A stretch of DNA of 64,000 bases from Candidatus Hermodarchaeota archaeon (GTDB lineage: Archaea; Asgardarchaeota; Lokiarchaeia; Sigyniarchaeales; SOKP01): positions 47,323 through 111,322 of the forward strand of contig JBHLLG010000003.1 of assembly GCA_048885925.1 (NCBI GenBank). Reading direction: 5' to 3'. Shown piece after piece: positions 10,396-20,700 of this stretch. The notes beneath the pieces were generated by a model. The model did no database searches and was not told the DNA's origin. It was given only the letters and a program-made list of their open reading frames with translations. The position numbers were made by a program, and so were the translations under genes. Positions within the stretch are counted from its first letter, which is position 1. Each line of letters starts with the position of its first letter.

Positions 10396-11145
10396 TTAAA
10401 ACCACACGTCAAGAGTCATATTTCGTAAGGGTACCTTTTTCTTAGGTTTACGAAGTTTCCACTTTTTCAGCCTATTTTCTGGTAAGTAAGGATGTTGAAC
10501 AAGCGTATATTCGACATATCTCTCATCATCATTTATCATTACCAGCACATTTCCAAAATGAGAAAGAATTTTACCTCCTTTTGGTCTGAAGAGGGAATGT
10601 TCATGTAAGGGTGCCGTTATTATAATGAGAGGTTTTGTTTTCCAGAGCATCTGTTTAATTCCATCTATCGCCCTTAGCAATTCTTCGAAAGTTTGCTTTT
10701 CATAGCCTTCAAATAGAGTTGTAATCCCAGAGATAAGTACAACTTTCACATCTTCAAGCATTGAAAGCTTATTCTCCAGAATCTCAATTATTTGGTCAAA
10801 AGTAAAGGCTCGTGAAATAAGGATGTTTTCTAACGCCATACGAGGGGACAGGTTTTGAGTGACTGCAAATTTGCTTACGTTGTAAGGGTTAAAATGATTA
10901 TTTCCATCGATAAAGGCAACTCTAATACCCTCTCCAAGTCCTCCATTGTCAAACGCTTTTTGAACGATAACTGCCGTTGTTAATAAGATATTAGTTGTTA
11001 ATTTCTTATCTCCATAAAGTAAATAGACTAAATCTCTGTGGAATCCGCCAGAAAGCAACTTATTGAGAGTCTTATCTCCGCTAGAAATGAGGTGCGAATG
11101 ATTGTTTCTTTCATGTACCGTGAATCCAGAATCAAACGTCATCAT
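10396..11145 (-). CDS. Inactivated RadA/RecA-like protein (PolB2-associated)
   Basis: SSGDKTLNKLLSGGF, FIDGNNHFNPY and LENILISRAFT are RadA-like. Walker A is degenerate (LYGDKKLTT) and Walker B lacks Asp (VLISGIT). C-terminus NMTLDVWF. Confidence 0.85.
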   Translation of the reverse strand: MMTFDSGFTVHERNNHSHLISSGDKTLNKLLSGGFHRDLVYLLYGDKKLTTNILLTTAVIVQKAFDNGGLGEGIRVAFIDGNNHFNPYNVSKFAVTQNLSPRMALENILISRAFTFDQIIEILENKLSMLEDVKVVLISGITTLFEGYEKQTFEELLRAIDGIKQMLWKTKPLIIITAPLHEHSLFRPKGGKILSHFGNVLVMINDDERYVEYTLVQHPYLPENRLKKWKLRKPKKKVPLRNMTLDVWF

Positions 11146-11226
11146 ATGAAGTAACTATTCTTCAAAATAAAACAAAGATACACCGACAATTTTCTGAAAT
11201 AAATCCAATTTCTCCATAAGACAATT

Positions 11227-11281
11227 AGATAGTTTCATTTTTCAAGAATAAATGTTCTTTTAAAAGTAAGATAGTTTCATT
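11227..11281 (-). promoter_or_regulatory. Perfect 13 bp direct repeat AGATAGTTTCATT (x2, 42 bp period) flanking a putative BRE/TATA of the RadA-like gene
   Basis: Copies at 11227-11239 and 11269-11281. Confidence 0.6.
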
Positions 11282-11480
11282 GAGACAGAGAGGTAATTGA
11301 AAGTAAAAATGAAGAAGAAAAAGATTCAGTTAAGAATGAATTAACTTTAAAAATGATATTACTTTTGATTTAAAATTATTCAACATGGTTTATAAGCAAA
11401 ATTAAACTTTATAATAAATCGCACCTAATAAAGTATAATCATCTTGAAAATTTAATCAAATAATAAACCAATGCGAGAAA

Positions 11481-13196
11481 ATGTCAAAACGATATAAAGA
11501 AAGGTTCTGGAAAGCAAAGTATGATCCAGGAATAGGTGATTTGGATCCGAAAGAGTTTGAAACTTCTTTTACTGAAACTATAAGAAAAACTTTCAATGAG
11601 CTTCCTGAAAAATTAGCTCTTGGATTTTACGGAACAGAAATTCCATATGGAGAATTAGACAAGTTATCAAACGAATTTTCCCATATGTTGATAGAAAATG
11701 GATTTAAAAAAGGAGATGTATTAGGAATAGCATTGGTAAATATTCCTGAATACGTGATCGGATTTCTAGGAGCAATGAAGGCTGGAGTCATCGTTTCAGG
11801 AGTTTCCCCACTTCTTTCAGCTGTGCAACTTGAATATCAGTTGAATGATTTAGGAACTGGTGGAAAACAAGTTGCACTTCTTACTTTAGATGCAGTCTTT
11901 GCGGGTCATATTACCAAAATTTATACGAAAATTCCATCATTAAAGCTTGTTATAACAACCTCGGTTGGTGGATTCATGCCGAAGATGTTAGCAAAACTGG
12001 GAAAATTGGCTGGAAAAATACCAAAAGGGAAGGTTACTCCATTAGAAGGTATTACCGTACTTGAATATCATAAGCATATTAAAGGAAAATATTCTGATAA
12101 ATTACCTGATGTTAAAATAGATCCGAAGGATATAGCATTTATTCAATATACTGGTGGTACAACGGGTCCTCCAAAAGGAGCAATGCTGAGTCATCGAAAT
12201 TTCGTTGCAGATATAAAAATATTTCAACATTGGCTTAGTTGGGAGTTTGGAACGGGTTTTGGATTATCAGGATTTCCATTTTTTCATATAGCAGGATTAT
12301 TTACATGTTCAAATGTTATAATGCTAGGGTGGAGTCAAGTTTTAATCCCAAATCCAAGAGATACAGGTCATATAATTAAAGAAATGTTAAAATATAGACC
12401 AACAGTTTTAGCAAACGTTCCCACATTGTATCAAATGATAATTAAGGATCCAAAATTCAAAAAAATTGATAAAGATATGATAGATTATGCCATTTCTGCA
12501 GCAGCTCCTTTCCCAAAAGAATCACAGGAAATTTTTGAAGGAGTCATCGGTAAAGGAAAAATAATTGAGCTCTACGGGATGACTGAAACTTCTCCATTAA
12601 CAGTTGGCAATCCATCAAGAGGAAAGAAAAAATTAGGACATGTTGGTTTACCATTCCCTAATGTAGAGTTCAAATTAGTAGAACCTGACAGTGGTAAAAC
12701 AGTAGATTTAGGTGAACCAGGAGAAATCTGTGTGAAAGGTCCGATGGTTATGGTAGGTTATCATAATAAACCAGAAGAAACGAAAAAAGCAATTGATTCT
12801 GATGGATTTATGCATACTGGAGATATTGGAATAATGGATGAAGAAGGGTATGTAAGAATCGCAGATCGAACCAAAGATATGATTATTGTAGGAGGTTATA
12901 AAGTATTCTCAACAAAAGTAGAAGATACATTGACTAAACATCCTGCAATTGGAATGGTTGCAATAATCGGGTTACCAAATCCTGAAAGACCAGGATCTGA
13001 ACTTGTCAAAGCTGTCATACAACTTGATCCAGATTATCAATATGATGGAAATGAAGAAGCATTAAAGGAAGATATAACCGCGTTTGCTAAAAAAGAATGT
13101 GCCCCATATGAAGTACCAAAGATTATAGAAATAGCGGCCGAGTTGCCACTTACAACAGTAGGTAAAGTAGATAAGAAGCTCTTGAGGGATCGTTAA
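11481..13196 (+). CDS. Long-chain fatty acid-CoA ligase (AMP-binding)
   Basis: YTGGTTGPPKG, YGMTE, GEICVKGP, HTGD and VGKV motifs. Confidence 0.92.
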   Translation: MSKRYKERFWKAKYDPGIGDLDPKEFETSFTETIRKTFNELPEKLALGFYGTEIPYGELDKLSNEFSHMLIENGFKKGDVLGIALVNIPEYVIGFLGAMKAGVIVSGVSPLLSAVQLEYQLNDLGTGGKQVALLTLDAVFAGHITKIYTKIPSLKLVITTSVGGFMPKMLAKLGKLAGKIPKGKVTPLEGITVLEYHKHIKGKYSDKLPDVKIDPKDIAFIQYTGGTTGPPKGAMLSHRNFVADIKIFQHWLSWEFGTGFGLSGFPFFHIAGLFTCSNVIMLGWSQVLIPNPRDTGHIIKEMLKYRPTVLANVPTLYQMIIKDPKFKKIDKDMIDYAISAAAPFPKESQEIFEGVIGKGKIIELYGMTETSPLTVGNPSRGKKKLGHVGLPFPNVEFKLVEPDSGKTVDLGEPGEICVKGPMVMVGYHNKPEETKKAIDSDGFMHTGDIGIMDEEGYVRIADRTKDMIIVGGYKVFSTKVEDTLTKHPAIGMVAIIGLPNPERPGSELVKAVIQLDPDYQYDGNEEALKEDITAFAKKECAPYEVPKIIEIAAELPLTTVGKVDKKLLRDR

Positions 13197-13310
13197 ATAA
13201 ATCAGTCCGAAATATTTATAAACTTGAAAAGAGAAAAGGTCAAATAAATTTATTAAAATTTAATCTCTTATTATTTTTTTTTATTTATATAATAATGTAT
13301 AGTTTATTCT

Positions 13311-13772
13311 TTAACTTAATTTTACAACTTCAATATTGGAACTTTTTAAAAGATCTACTTTTACGATATTTTCCATGTCGTATCCTTCCTTGTAAATTAA
13401 ACGCTTAATTTTAGCATTAATAATTAGTTTTAAACAACTCATACAGGGAAATGTTGTAGTATAAAGGGAAGTATTACCATCTATTGCTGTTCCGTGAAGT
13501 GCTGCTTGAATAACGCAATTAATTTCTGCATGGACACCTCTACATAATTCTGGTTTGTCACCAGGCTTAAGATGCTTCCGAACACAAGTATCTAAAGTAC
13601 AATGAGATATACCCGATGGAGCACCATTGTATCCCGTTGATAAAATATGATTATCTTTAACAAGTACAGCTCCAACATTCCTTCTAATGCAAGTTGATCT
13701 CATGGAGATCACTTCTGCTATTTTCATAAAGTAATCATCCTTTGAAATTCTTTTTCTCATAGATTTACCCAT
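13311..13772 (-). CDS. dCMP deaminase family protein
   Basis: RSTC, TGYNG, HAEINC and PCMSC zinc-deaminase motifs. Confidence 0.9.
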   Translation of the reverse strand: MGKSMRKRISKDDYFMKIAEVISMRSTCIRRNVGAVLVKDNHILSTGYNGAPSGISHCTLDTCVRKHLKPGDKPELCRGVHAEINCVIQAALHGTAIDGNTSLYTTTFPCMSCLKLIINAKIKRLIYKEGYDMENIVKVDLLKSSNIEVVKLS

Positions 13773-13813
13773 TTCTAATAATCACTCTATATAAGTTAAA
13801 AGATTTTAGAATA

Positions 13814-14590
13814 TTAACTTCTTTTTATTTTCTCTTCCACAATAGTGACTACCCTTGGAAATACATCTCCTATTTTTTCATGAATAATAACTTCAGCCAT
13901 CAAATCCATATCAGTTTCCTGAATATTTATAATTGCTAATTTCGCTCCAATTGCTAAAGCTTTTTGGGGATAAAACGCAACGGGATAAACCACAAGGGAA
14001 GATCCAAGCACCAATAACAAATCACAAGTGGAGATCATATCATCTGCGGCTTCGAGTGTCTTAGATTCGAGAGGTTCACCGAAAAAGATCGCATTCGGTT
14101 TCAATAAACCTCTACAACTTTCACAGGAAGGGCTAAAATTTCCCTTCAGTACTTGATTTACCATAGTACTGATTTGATATATTTGCCCACAGGTCATGCA
14201 TTTAGCTTCATACGCATTTCCATGGAACTCAACGATATTTTTGGTCTTAGCTTTATGATGCAATCTGTCTATATTTTGAGTAAGAATTCCTTTCAATTTT
14301 CCAAGTTTTTGGAGCTTAGTTAGGGCTTTGTGTCCTTTATTTGGCCTTGCTTTAAAAATTTGCAAACCTGTTTCTAACATGAATTCTAAATTCTTTCCTT
14401 TATTCGCCACATAAGAATTTATTGAAGCAAATTCATACGGATCTACTTTTTCCCATAATCCAGTACCCGGTGACCGGAAATCAGCAATTCCGCTTTCAGT
14501 AGACATCCCTGCACCTGTTAATGCTACTATGTTTTTTGAATCAAGGATTAAGTTAGCTAATTTTTCAACTTTTTGTTCTAACAACTTCAT
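13814..14590 (-). CDS. cobB: Sir2-family NAD-dependent protein deacylase
   Basis: TGAGMSTESGIADFR, TQNID, HG, two CxxC, GSSL. Confidence 0.93.
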   Translation of the reverse strand: MKLLEQKVEKLANLILDSKNIVALTGAGMSTESGIADFRSPGTGLWEKVDPYEFASINSYVANKGKNLEFMLETGLQIFKARPNKGHKALTKLQKLGKLKGILTQNIDRLHHKAKTKNIVEFHGNAYEAKCMTCGQIYQISTMVNQVLKGNFSPSCESCRGLLKPNAIFFGEPLESKTLEAADDMISTCDLLLVLGSSLVVYPVAFYPQKALAIGAKLAIINIQETDMDLMAEVIIHEKIGDVFPRVVTIVEEKIKRS

Positions 14591-14681
14591 TTATTTATAA
14601 TTTTAATTTTATCAGATAAAAAGTAATAATAATTATATTGCCTTATAAAATGTTTTATAGTTTTATGATTTTATTGTATTA

Positions 14682-15503
14682 ATGAATATAGAAGAATTTA
14701 AACAGATTAAATATAAAAAAGAAGAGAATGGAATTTTAACCGTTACCTTAAACTGGCCTGAAAAGAAAAATGCACTTTCACCATTAGGACTCCTAGAACT
14801 CTACTATGCTGTAGATCATGCTGAAAAAGATGATCAAGTAAAAGTTATGATACTGACTGGATGTGAGGAAGCAGGAGCTTTTTCTTCAGGAGGTTACTTT
14901 TCAAATGAAATGTTAAAGGAAGTACCAGAGAAGTATAGGAATGAAATTAATTTAAGAGATATGGCATCAAAAAGGCTGTGTCTTAAGTTTTGGGATTTAC
15001 CAAAACCTGTAATATCAGTAATTAATGGTTTTGCAGTGGGTGGTGGATTTACACTTCCTGTAATTTGTTCAGATTTAATTTATATGGCGGAAGATGCATG
15101 GTGGGCACTATTTTTTGTAAAAAGAGCGGTAATGCCTGATTTTGCCACTAGCATTCTTTTACCTTTCATGATAGGATTTCATAAAGCTAAAGAACTGTTT
15201 TATTTTGGGGATCGGATGACAGCACAAGACGCGGAGAGATTAGGACTTGTCAATAAGATATTAGCTAAAGATAAATTAATGTCTTATGCAAGAAACCAAG
15301 CCTTAAGACTTATTCCTCCTAAGGGTCCCTCTCTTTCAATCAAATTAATGAAAAAGACCATTCATACGTATTTTAGGGAAATTATAGAAACCCAATTAAA
15401 TTTAGAAAATAAGATGTGGACTAAAGCTATTCAAAGTAAGGATTTTTCAGAATCTTTAAAAGCTTTGAAGGAGAAAAAAGATCCTTCCTTTATTGGAAAG
15501 TAA
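14682..15503 (+). CDS. Enoyl-CoA hydratase/isomerase (crotonase) family
   Basis: FSSGG, PKPVISVINGFAVGGG, AERLGLVN. Confidence 0.9.
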   Translation: MNIEEFKQIKYKKEENGILTVTLNWPEKKNALSPLGLLELYYAVDHAEKDDQVKVMILTGCEEAGAFSSGGYFSNEMLKEVPEKYRNEINLRDMASKRLCLKFWDLPKPVISVINGFAVGGGFTLPVICSDLIYMAEDAWWALFFVKRAVMPDFATSILLPFMIGFHKAKELFYFGDRMTAQDAERLGLVNKILAKDKLMSYARNQALRLIPPKGPSLSIKLMKKTIHTYFREIIETQLNLENKMWTKAIQSKDFSESLKALKEKKDPSFIGK

Positions 15504-15791
15504 CTTCATACTTATTTAAAGTGCAAAGGAACTATCAGTATTGATTTTTGATTTTGGATTAAGTCTATAAAAATTTTGATTTTTTGATCTAAGTTTTTTA
15601 TTAAGTGAATAATCTCTGATAAATGAAATAAAAAAAATTAATAACGATTATTATTATTTATTGAATATTATATAATAATAATTAATAATTCTTAAATAAG
15701 TCATCATTCTTAGCTAAGTTTAAACATTAGAAATGATGGATGATTGTTAATATTGGGGAAAATCCTTTAACCAAAATGGTGGGATGGTAAA

Positions 15792-16346
15792 ATTACGGAG
15801 AAAGTTACTAAATCATTTATTTATAAAGTTTGTATAGTAGGAGACGGTGGAGTAGGTAAAACCAGTATGGTTTTGAGATATTGTGAGAACACCTTTAAAG
15901 AAAATTATATAATGACTATTGGTTCTAATTTTTCGACAAAACAAATAGAATTAGAAGATTATCCAAACTATCTCATTCGCCTACAATTATGGGATCTTGC
16001 TGGACAAAAACATTTCAGCTTTGTTCGCCCACCATTTTATCGTGGTGCTAGTGCGATTGTATATACATTTGACATTACGCGAAGAAGTTCATTTCAGAAT
16101 ATTTTAAACTGGAAGAGTGAAGTGGAAAAAGTAATCGGTGATGGTAAACCAAGTATTTTAGTTGGAAATAAATTCGATTTAGCAGAAAAGGGGAATAGGG
16201 AAGTAGGAGAAGGAGATGGAGAAGCATTGAAGGATGAGATTAATGCTTTAGCTTATTTTGAAACTAGTGCCAAGGATGATATTAAAGTTGAGCCTGTATT
16301 TAAAACAATCACAATGGCAATTTTAGAACACACCAAAAAAATATAG
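15792..16346 (+). CDS. Rab-like small GTPase (probable non-canonical ATT start)
   Basis: G1 GDGGVGKT lies in frame upstream of the track ATG (15867). Also G2 TIG, G3 WDLAGQ, YRGA, G4 NKFD, G5 ETSAK. No C-terminal prenylation motif. The start position is uncertain. Confidence 0.88.
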   Translation: MTEKVTKSFIYKVCIVGDGGVGKTSMVLRYCENTFKENYIMTIGSNFSTKQIELEDYPNYLIRLQLWDLAGQKHFSFVRPPFYRGASAIVYTFDITRRSSFQNILNWKSEVEKVIGDGKPSILVGNKFDLAEKGNREVGEGDGEALKDEINALAYFETSAKDDIKVEPVFKTITMAILEHTKKI

Positions 16347-16427
16347 CTTTTTATTTGTTATAAACAATAAATTAAAATTTATTTGTATATTTTAAACTAT
16401 AAAATCAAATAATAATAGGTAAATCAA

Positions 16428-17147
16428 ATGTTTGGAACAGCAGGTAGGGCTTATGATCGGGCACTTACTGTTTTTAGTCCCGAAGGTCGCCTTTTTCAAG
16501 TAGAATATGCATTGGAAGCAGTAAGGCGTGGAACACTTGCGGTTGCTGTAAAATCTGAGCAGGATGTATGTTTAGCAGCTCAAATCAAAATACCTTCCAT
16601 TTTAATGGATTCTGATTCAATTGATAAAATTTTTCAAATAGATGAGCATATTGGAGTAGCAATTTCTGGATTACATGCTGACTCACGTGCTTTAATTAAT
16701 TATGCAAGAGTTCAAGCCCAATCATTCAGATTGACATATGATGAGCCTGTTCGTTTGAATATGCTAACCAAGGCAATTGCAGATTTAAAGCAGATGTATA
16801 CACAGTATGGTGGTATCCGTCCTTGGGGTTGTGCGCTTTTTTTCATCGGAATAGATGCAAGTGGTACACAAATTTATACAACCTCCCCCAGTGGAATCTA
16901 TAGGTCATTCAAAGCTTATGCTCTCGGTAGCGGTGAAGCAACTGCGCGAGAGTATTTAATAGAACATTATAAAGAAGATATGACTTTTGATGAGTTAATT
17001 AATTTATCTTTACAGGCATTAAAGGAATCTATTGATGAAGAGGCAACGAAGGAAAATATTCGCCTAGCGTATATTAAAGGTGACATCAAAAAATTTTATG
17101 TATGTAATAAACAAGAAATTGAAGGCTTTTTAGCCAAATTAACATAA
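16428..17147 (+). CDS. psmA: Proteasome alpha subunit
   Basis: YDRALTVFSPEGRLFQVEYA signature; YTQYGGIRPWG. Confidence 0.93.
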   Translation: MFGTAGRAYDRALTVFSPEGRLFQVEYALEAVRRGTLAVAVKSEQDVCLAAQIKIPSILMDSDSIDKIFQIDEHIGVAISGLHADSRALINYARVQAQSFRLTYDEPVRLNMLTKAIADLKQMYTQYGGIRPWGCALFFIGIDASGTQIYTTSPSGIYRSFKAYALGSGEATAREYLIEHYKEDMTFDELINLSLQALKESIDEEATKENIRLAYIKGDIKKFYVCNKQEIEGFLAKLT

Positions 17148-17256
17148 TTCTTATTTTTATACTTATTGTAAAATATTTTATTCTCTTAATCTATATAATA
17201 GATATTAATATAATATCTAGAATTTTTCTTATATGATTAAATAATAGGCAATTTAT

Positions 17257-17652
17257 ATGGGGAAAAAGAAAAAGATTAGAGAGGACTTTGACGAGCTATT
17301 TAAAAAAGGCGATGAAAAGGGGATAAAAAAGATGTTAGATAAAAATCCGTGGTTACTCAATGAAGTTTCAACTACTTTAAATACAGGTATGGCTGAACAA
17401 AATGAAGTAATAGCAGCTTTAGGTGTAATGGAAGACGAGCTTGGAGGTCCTGTCCCAATTGATGAGATAGCATTTAGTTTAAGAGTTGATTTCAATATTC
17501 GTAAAAGTGATGATGAGATACATCAAATTCTTATGGGTATAGAAAAGTTAAATCTTGTAAAAAGAGATGCTAATGGATGGAGTTTGACTTATGAGGGGGG
17601 TAGAATTTGCGATGATTATCTTAACAAAAGTCTTGGAAAATTTGATTTATAA
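17257..17652 (+). CDS. Hypothetical protein with probable C-terminal winged helix
   Basis: VPIDEI...IHQILMGIEKLNLVKRDANGWSLTYEG resembles a wHTH recognition helix and wing. Confidence 0.65.
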   Translation: MGKKKKIREDFDELFKKGDEKGIKKMLDKNPWLLNEVSTTLNTGMAEQNEVIAALGVMEDELGGPVPIDEIAFSLRVDFNIRKSDDEIHQILMGIEKLNLVKRDANGWSLTYEGGRICDDYLNKSLGKFDL

Positions 17653-17777
17653 TTGATTAAATATTTATTTTCAGTTAATGATTTTTAAAATAAAACTAAA
17701 ATATTATATTAAATTTAAATTGAGAATAAAAAATATTAAATTCATTCTTAATTCTATTTAAAAAAGTGTTGAGGCTA

Positions 17778-20700
17778 ATGGAAGAGAGAAGGGAAGAAAA
17801 TTTCGATAAAGAATTTGATGAGGATGAGTTCGATCCAACAAAGGAAGCATTCTTTTCGGATATGATAGAAATGGAAGAAGAAATTGCTTCTGAAGCATAT
17901 GAATTAGTTGAGCATGCTATCAATCTAATAGAATCACAATATTACAACGATAGTATTGAAATTTTACGTCAAGCAATTGGATTATATACTCAAATTAACA
18001 GAGAAGAAGAGATTAAAGCTATAAATGATAAAATAGCAGAAATATATGTACTTAAAGAAAAAGCATTCAGAGAAGTTGAAATTGAATCTGAAAAAGCTGC
18101 TGAACCCGTAGAAGTACCTGAAGTAATTGATAAAAGTTCAATATTTGAAAAACAAGAGGTAATGAAAGAGTTTGAAGCAACTGAAGAGTCTAAAGCAATT
18201 GAAGAACATAAAGTGTTAAAAGATGCCATAAAGATTGCTGATTTAATGATCAATGCGGAAAATTTGTTAAAAGAAGCTCAAGAGTTAATTAACAACAATT
18301 ATTTCGAAGAAGCGCTCAGTAAATATGATGAAGTGGAAACAATTTATACAGAATTAGGAAAATCAAGTGAGATAGATAATTTATACAAATTAATTGAAGA
18401 TTGTTATAACCGAAAGGCTAAATTCTTACGAAGTATTAAAAAAGAAGAAATTAGAGAAGAAATAGACACGAGTGTAAAAGTGGAAGCACAATCAACAGAA
18501 GATCTTTTAAAGGAAAAAAGATTAAAGGAATATTTTGAAAATAAAAAGAGAGAAGAGGAGATCTCCTCTAAAGCTTACCAATTACTTGATAAAGCAGCTG
18601 AATTAACCACACAGCACAAATATGACAAAGCTTTAGAATTTTATGAAAAAGGAGCTAATTTATTTGGAGAATTAAATTGGACATATGAAGTTAGAAAAGT
18701 TCAAGATACGATTTTTCAATTAAAAATAGAAAAAGCAAGATATATACAAAGGCTAGAAGAGGAAAGAATGAAACCAGAGAAAGTGGTTGAAACTAAAGAA
18801 GAAATTACTGCGCAACAGGTAACAGAAATTGAGGAGCAGGATAGAATTGCTCAAATAGAAAAGTTAAGAGAAATAGAATTTCAAAAAATGGAACAAGAAT
18901 TTTTTAAAGCTCAAATTGATAATATGGCCACTGAAGCTGCTAGAATGGCACGTGAATATGAATTAGCTATGCAAAAAGCGATTAAGAAAGGAGAACTAGA
19001 AGAAGAATGTATTTACCCAAAAGTCATTGAAATTTATAAAAAAATAAGGGAATTACTTGTTGATAAGGGATGGAATAAAGAAGCAACGATCTATGATGAT
19101 ACGATAGATATCTATATTCAAAAGTTTGAACAAGATAAAAGAATTAGGCAAATAGAAGCTGAAAAAATCAAAAAGCAACACGAAGCTGAAAAGATGCTGA
19201 AACTAAAAAAAGAGGACATTGAAATTCACCTCAGCGAAGAACAAATAAAAGCTAAAGAGATGCAACAACAAAAAGAGATAGAAATACAAAATGTTCGAAA
19301 TCAATTAAATGATATGTCAAAAAGAGCTGATCGGTTAGCAAGAGAGTATGAGCTTGCATTAAGAAAAGGTAAATTTGAGTTAAAATGTCCTTATCCTCAG
19401 ATAATTAATATATATAAGAAAGCTAAATATATGGCACAAGAGAGAGGATGGGATACAGATATAGCAATTTTTTCAAGTCAAATTTTTACATATAAAGAAA
19501 AGTTAGAAAAAGATAAAAAGTTAAGAGAAATAGAAGCGGAAAAAGCACGGAAACAAGAAGAAGTTGAGAAGGCTTTTAAAGTTAAAAGAGAAGAACCAAA
19601 AGTTTCTTTAGATATCGAGAAGTTAAAATTATTAGAAGAACAAAGAAAATTAGAAGAAGAAAAAGAAGATTTTGAGGATATGGTAAATGCAATGATAAAT
19701 CGAGCAGAAAAAATTGCTCGAGAATATGATACAGATATGAAAAAAGCCATAAAGAAAGGTAGATTGGCACAAAATCCTCCATTCTTAAAGATCATAAATA
19801 TTTATGAGAAAGTAAAACAAATGTTCCTTGAAAGGGGTAGAAATGAAGAAGCAATTGCTTATGGGAATCAAATAAATTTTTATTCTCAAAAATTAGAACA
19901 AGATAATAAATTACGAGAAGTGGAAGCCAAAAAAGCTGAAAGGGAAAAAGCACTAGAAGAAATGCATAAAGTTGATAGAAAAGTTGAAATAGATGACCAA
20001 AGATTAAAAGCTTCAGAGAAAAAAAAGGAAGAAGAAGAATTTGAGAAATTTATTTCTGAAAATGTCAATATGGCAGAAAAGATGGTACGAGATTTTGAAA
20101 TTGCTATGCGAAAAGCTTATAGAAAAGGGGAAATATTGGAAACTACACCATATTCTAAAGTTATCGACATTTATAAAAATCTTCAAGAGAAAGTCTATGC
20201 TAGGGGTTGGAGAGAGCAATCTGAAGTATACATAAATCAAATTAAAATTTATCAAGATAAATTAGAAAAACATGAAAAATTGTTAGAAGTTGAAGTTCAA
20301 AAAGCTCAAAAGGAAAAAGGATTAGAAGAAATGCATAAAGTAGAAAAGGAGAGTGAAGCTGATACAAAAAGATTGAGTAAAATTGAAAGAAAAAAAGAAG
20401 AAAAAGAATTTGAGAAAAATATTGCTGAAAATGTCAGTATAGCAGAAAAAATGGTGAGAGATCATGAAATTGCTATGAGAAAATCATATCGAGAAGGAAA
20501 AATTCTAGAAAGCACACCATATCCAAAAGTTATTGAAATATATAAAGAAATTAGAGAAAAAATTTATGCTAAAGGTTGGAAAGAACAAGCAAAAGTATTT
20601 GCAAATCAAATAAAAATTTATCAGGAGAAGTTAGATAAACATAAAAATCTCCTTGAAATCGAAGCTCAGAAAGCACAAAAACAAAAAGAACTAGAAGAAA

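Noticed and set aside
5285-11145. PolB region as a self-synthesising mobile element (casposon, pipolin or provirus)
   Set aside because: No Cas1, integrase, capsid gene, terminal inverted repeats or target duplications were seen. The motifs match cellular PolB2.
11245-11258. AGAATAAATGTTCT resembling a Gram-positive LexA (GAAC-N4-GTTC) box upstream of the RadA-like gene
   Set aside because: It has one mismatch and coincides with the probable BRE/TATA (minus strand AAGAACATTTATT). No LexA is in the window, so core promoter sequence explains it better.
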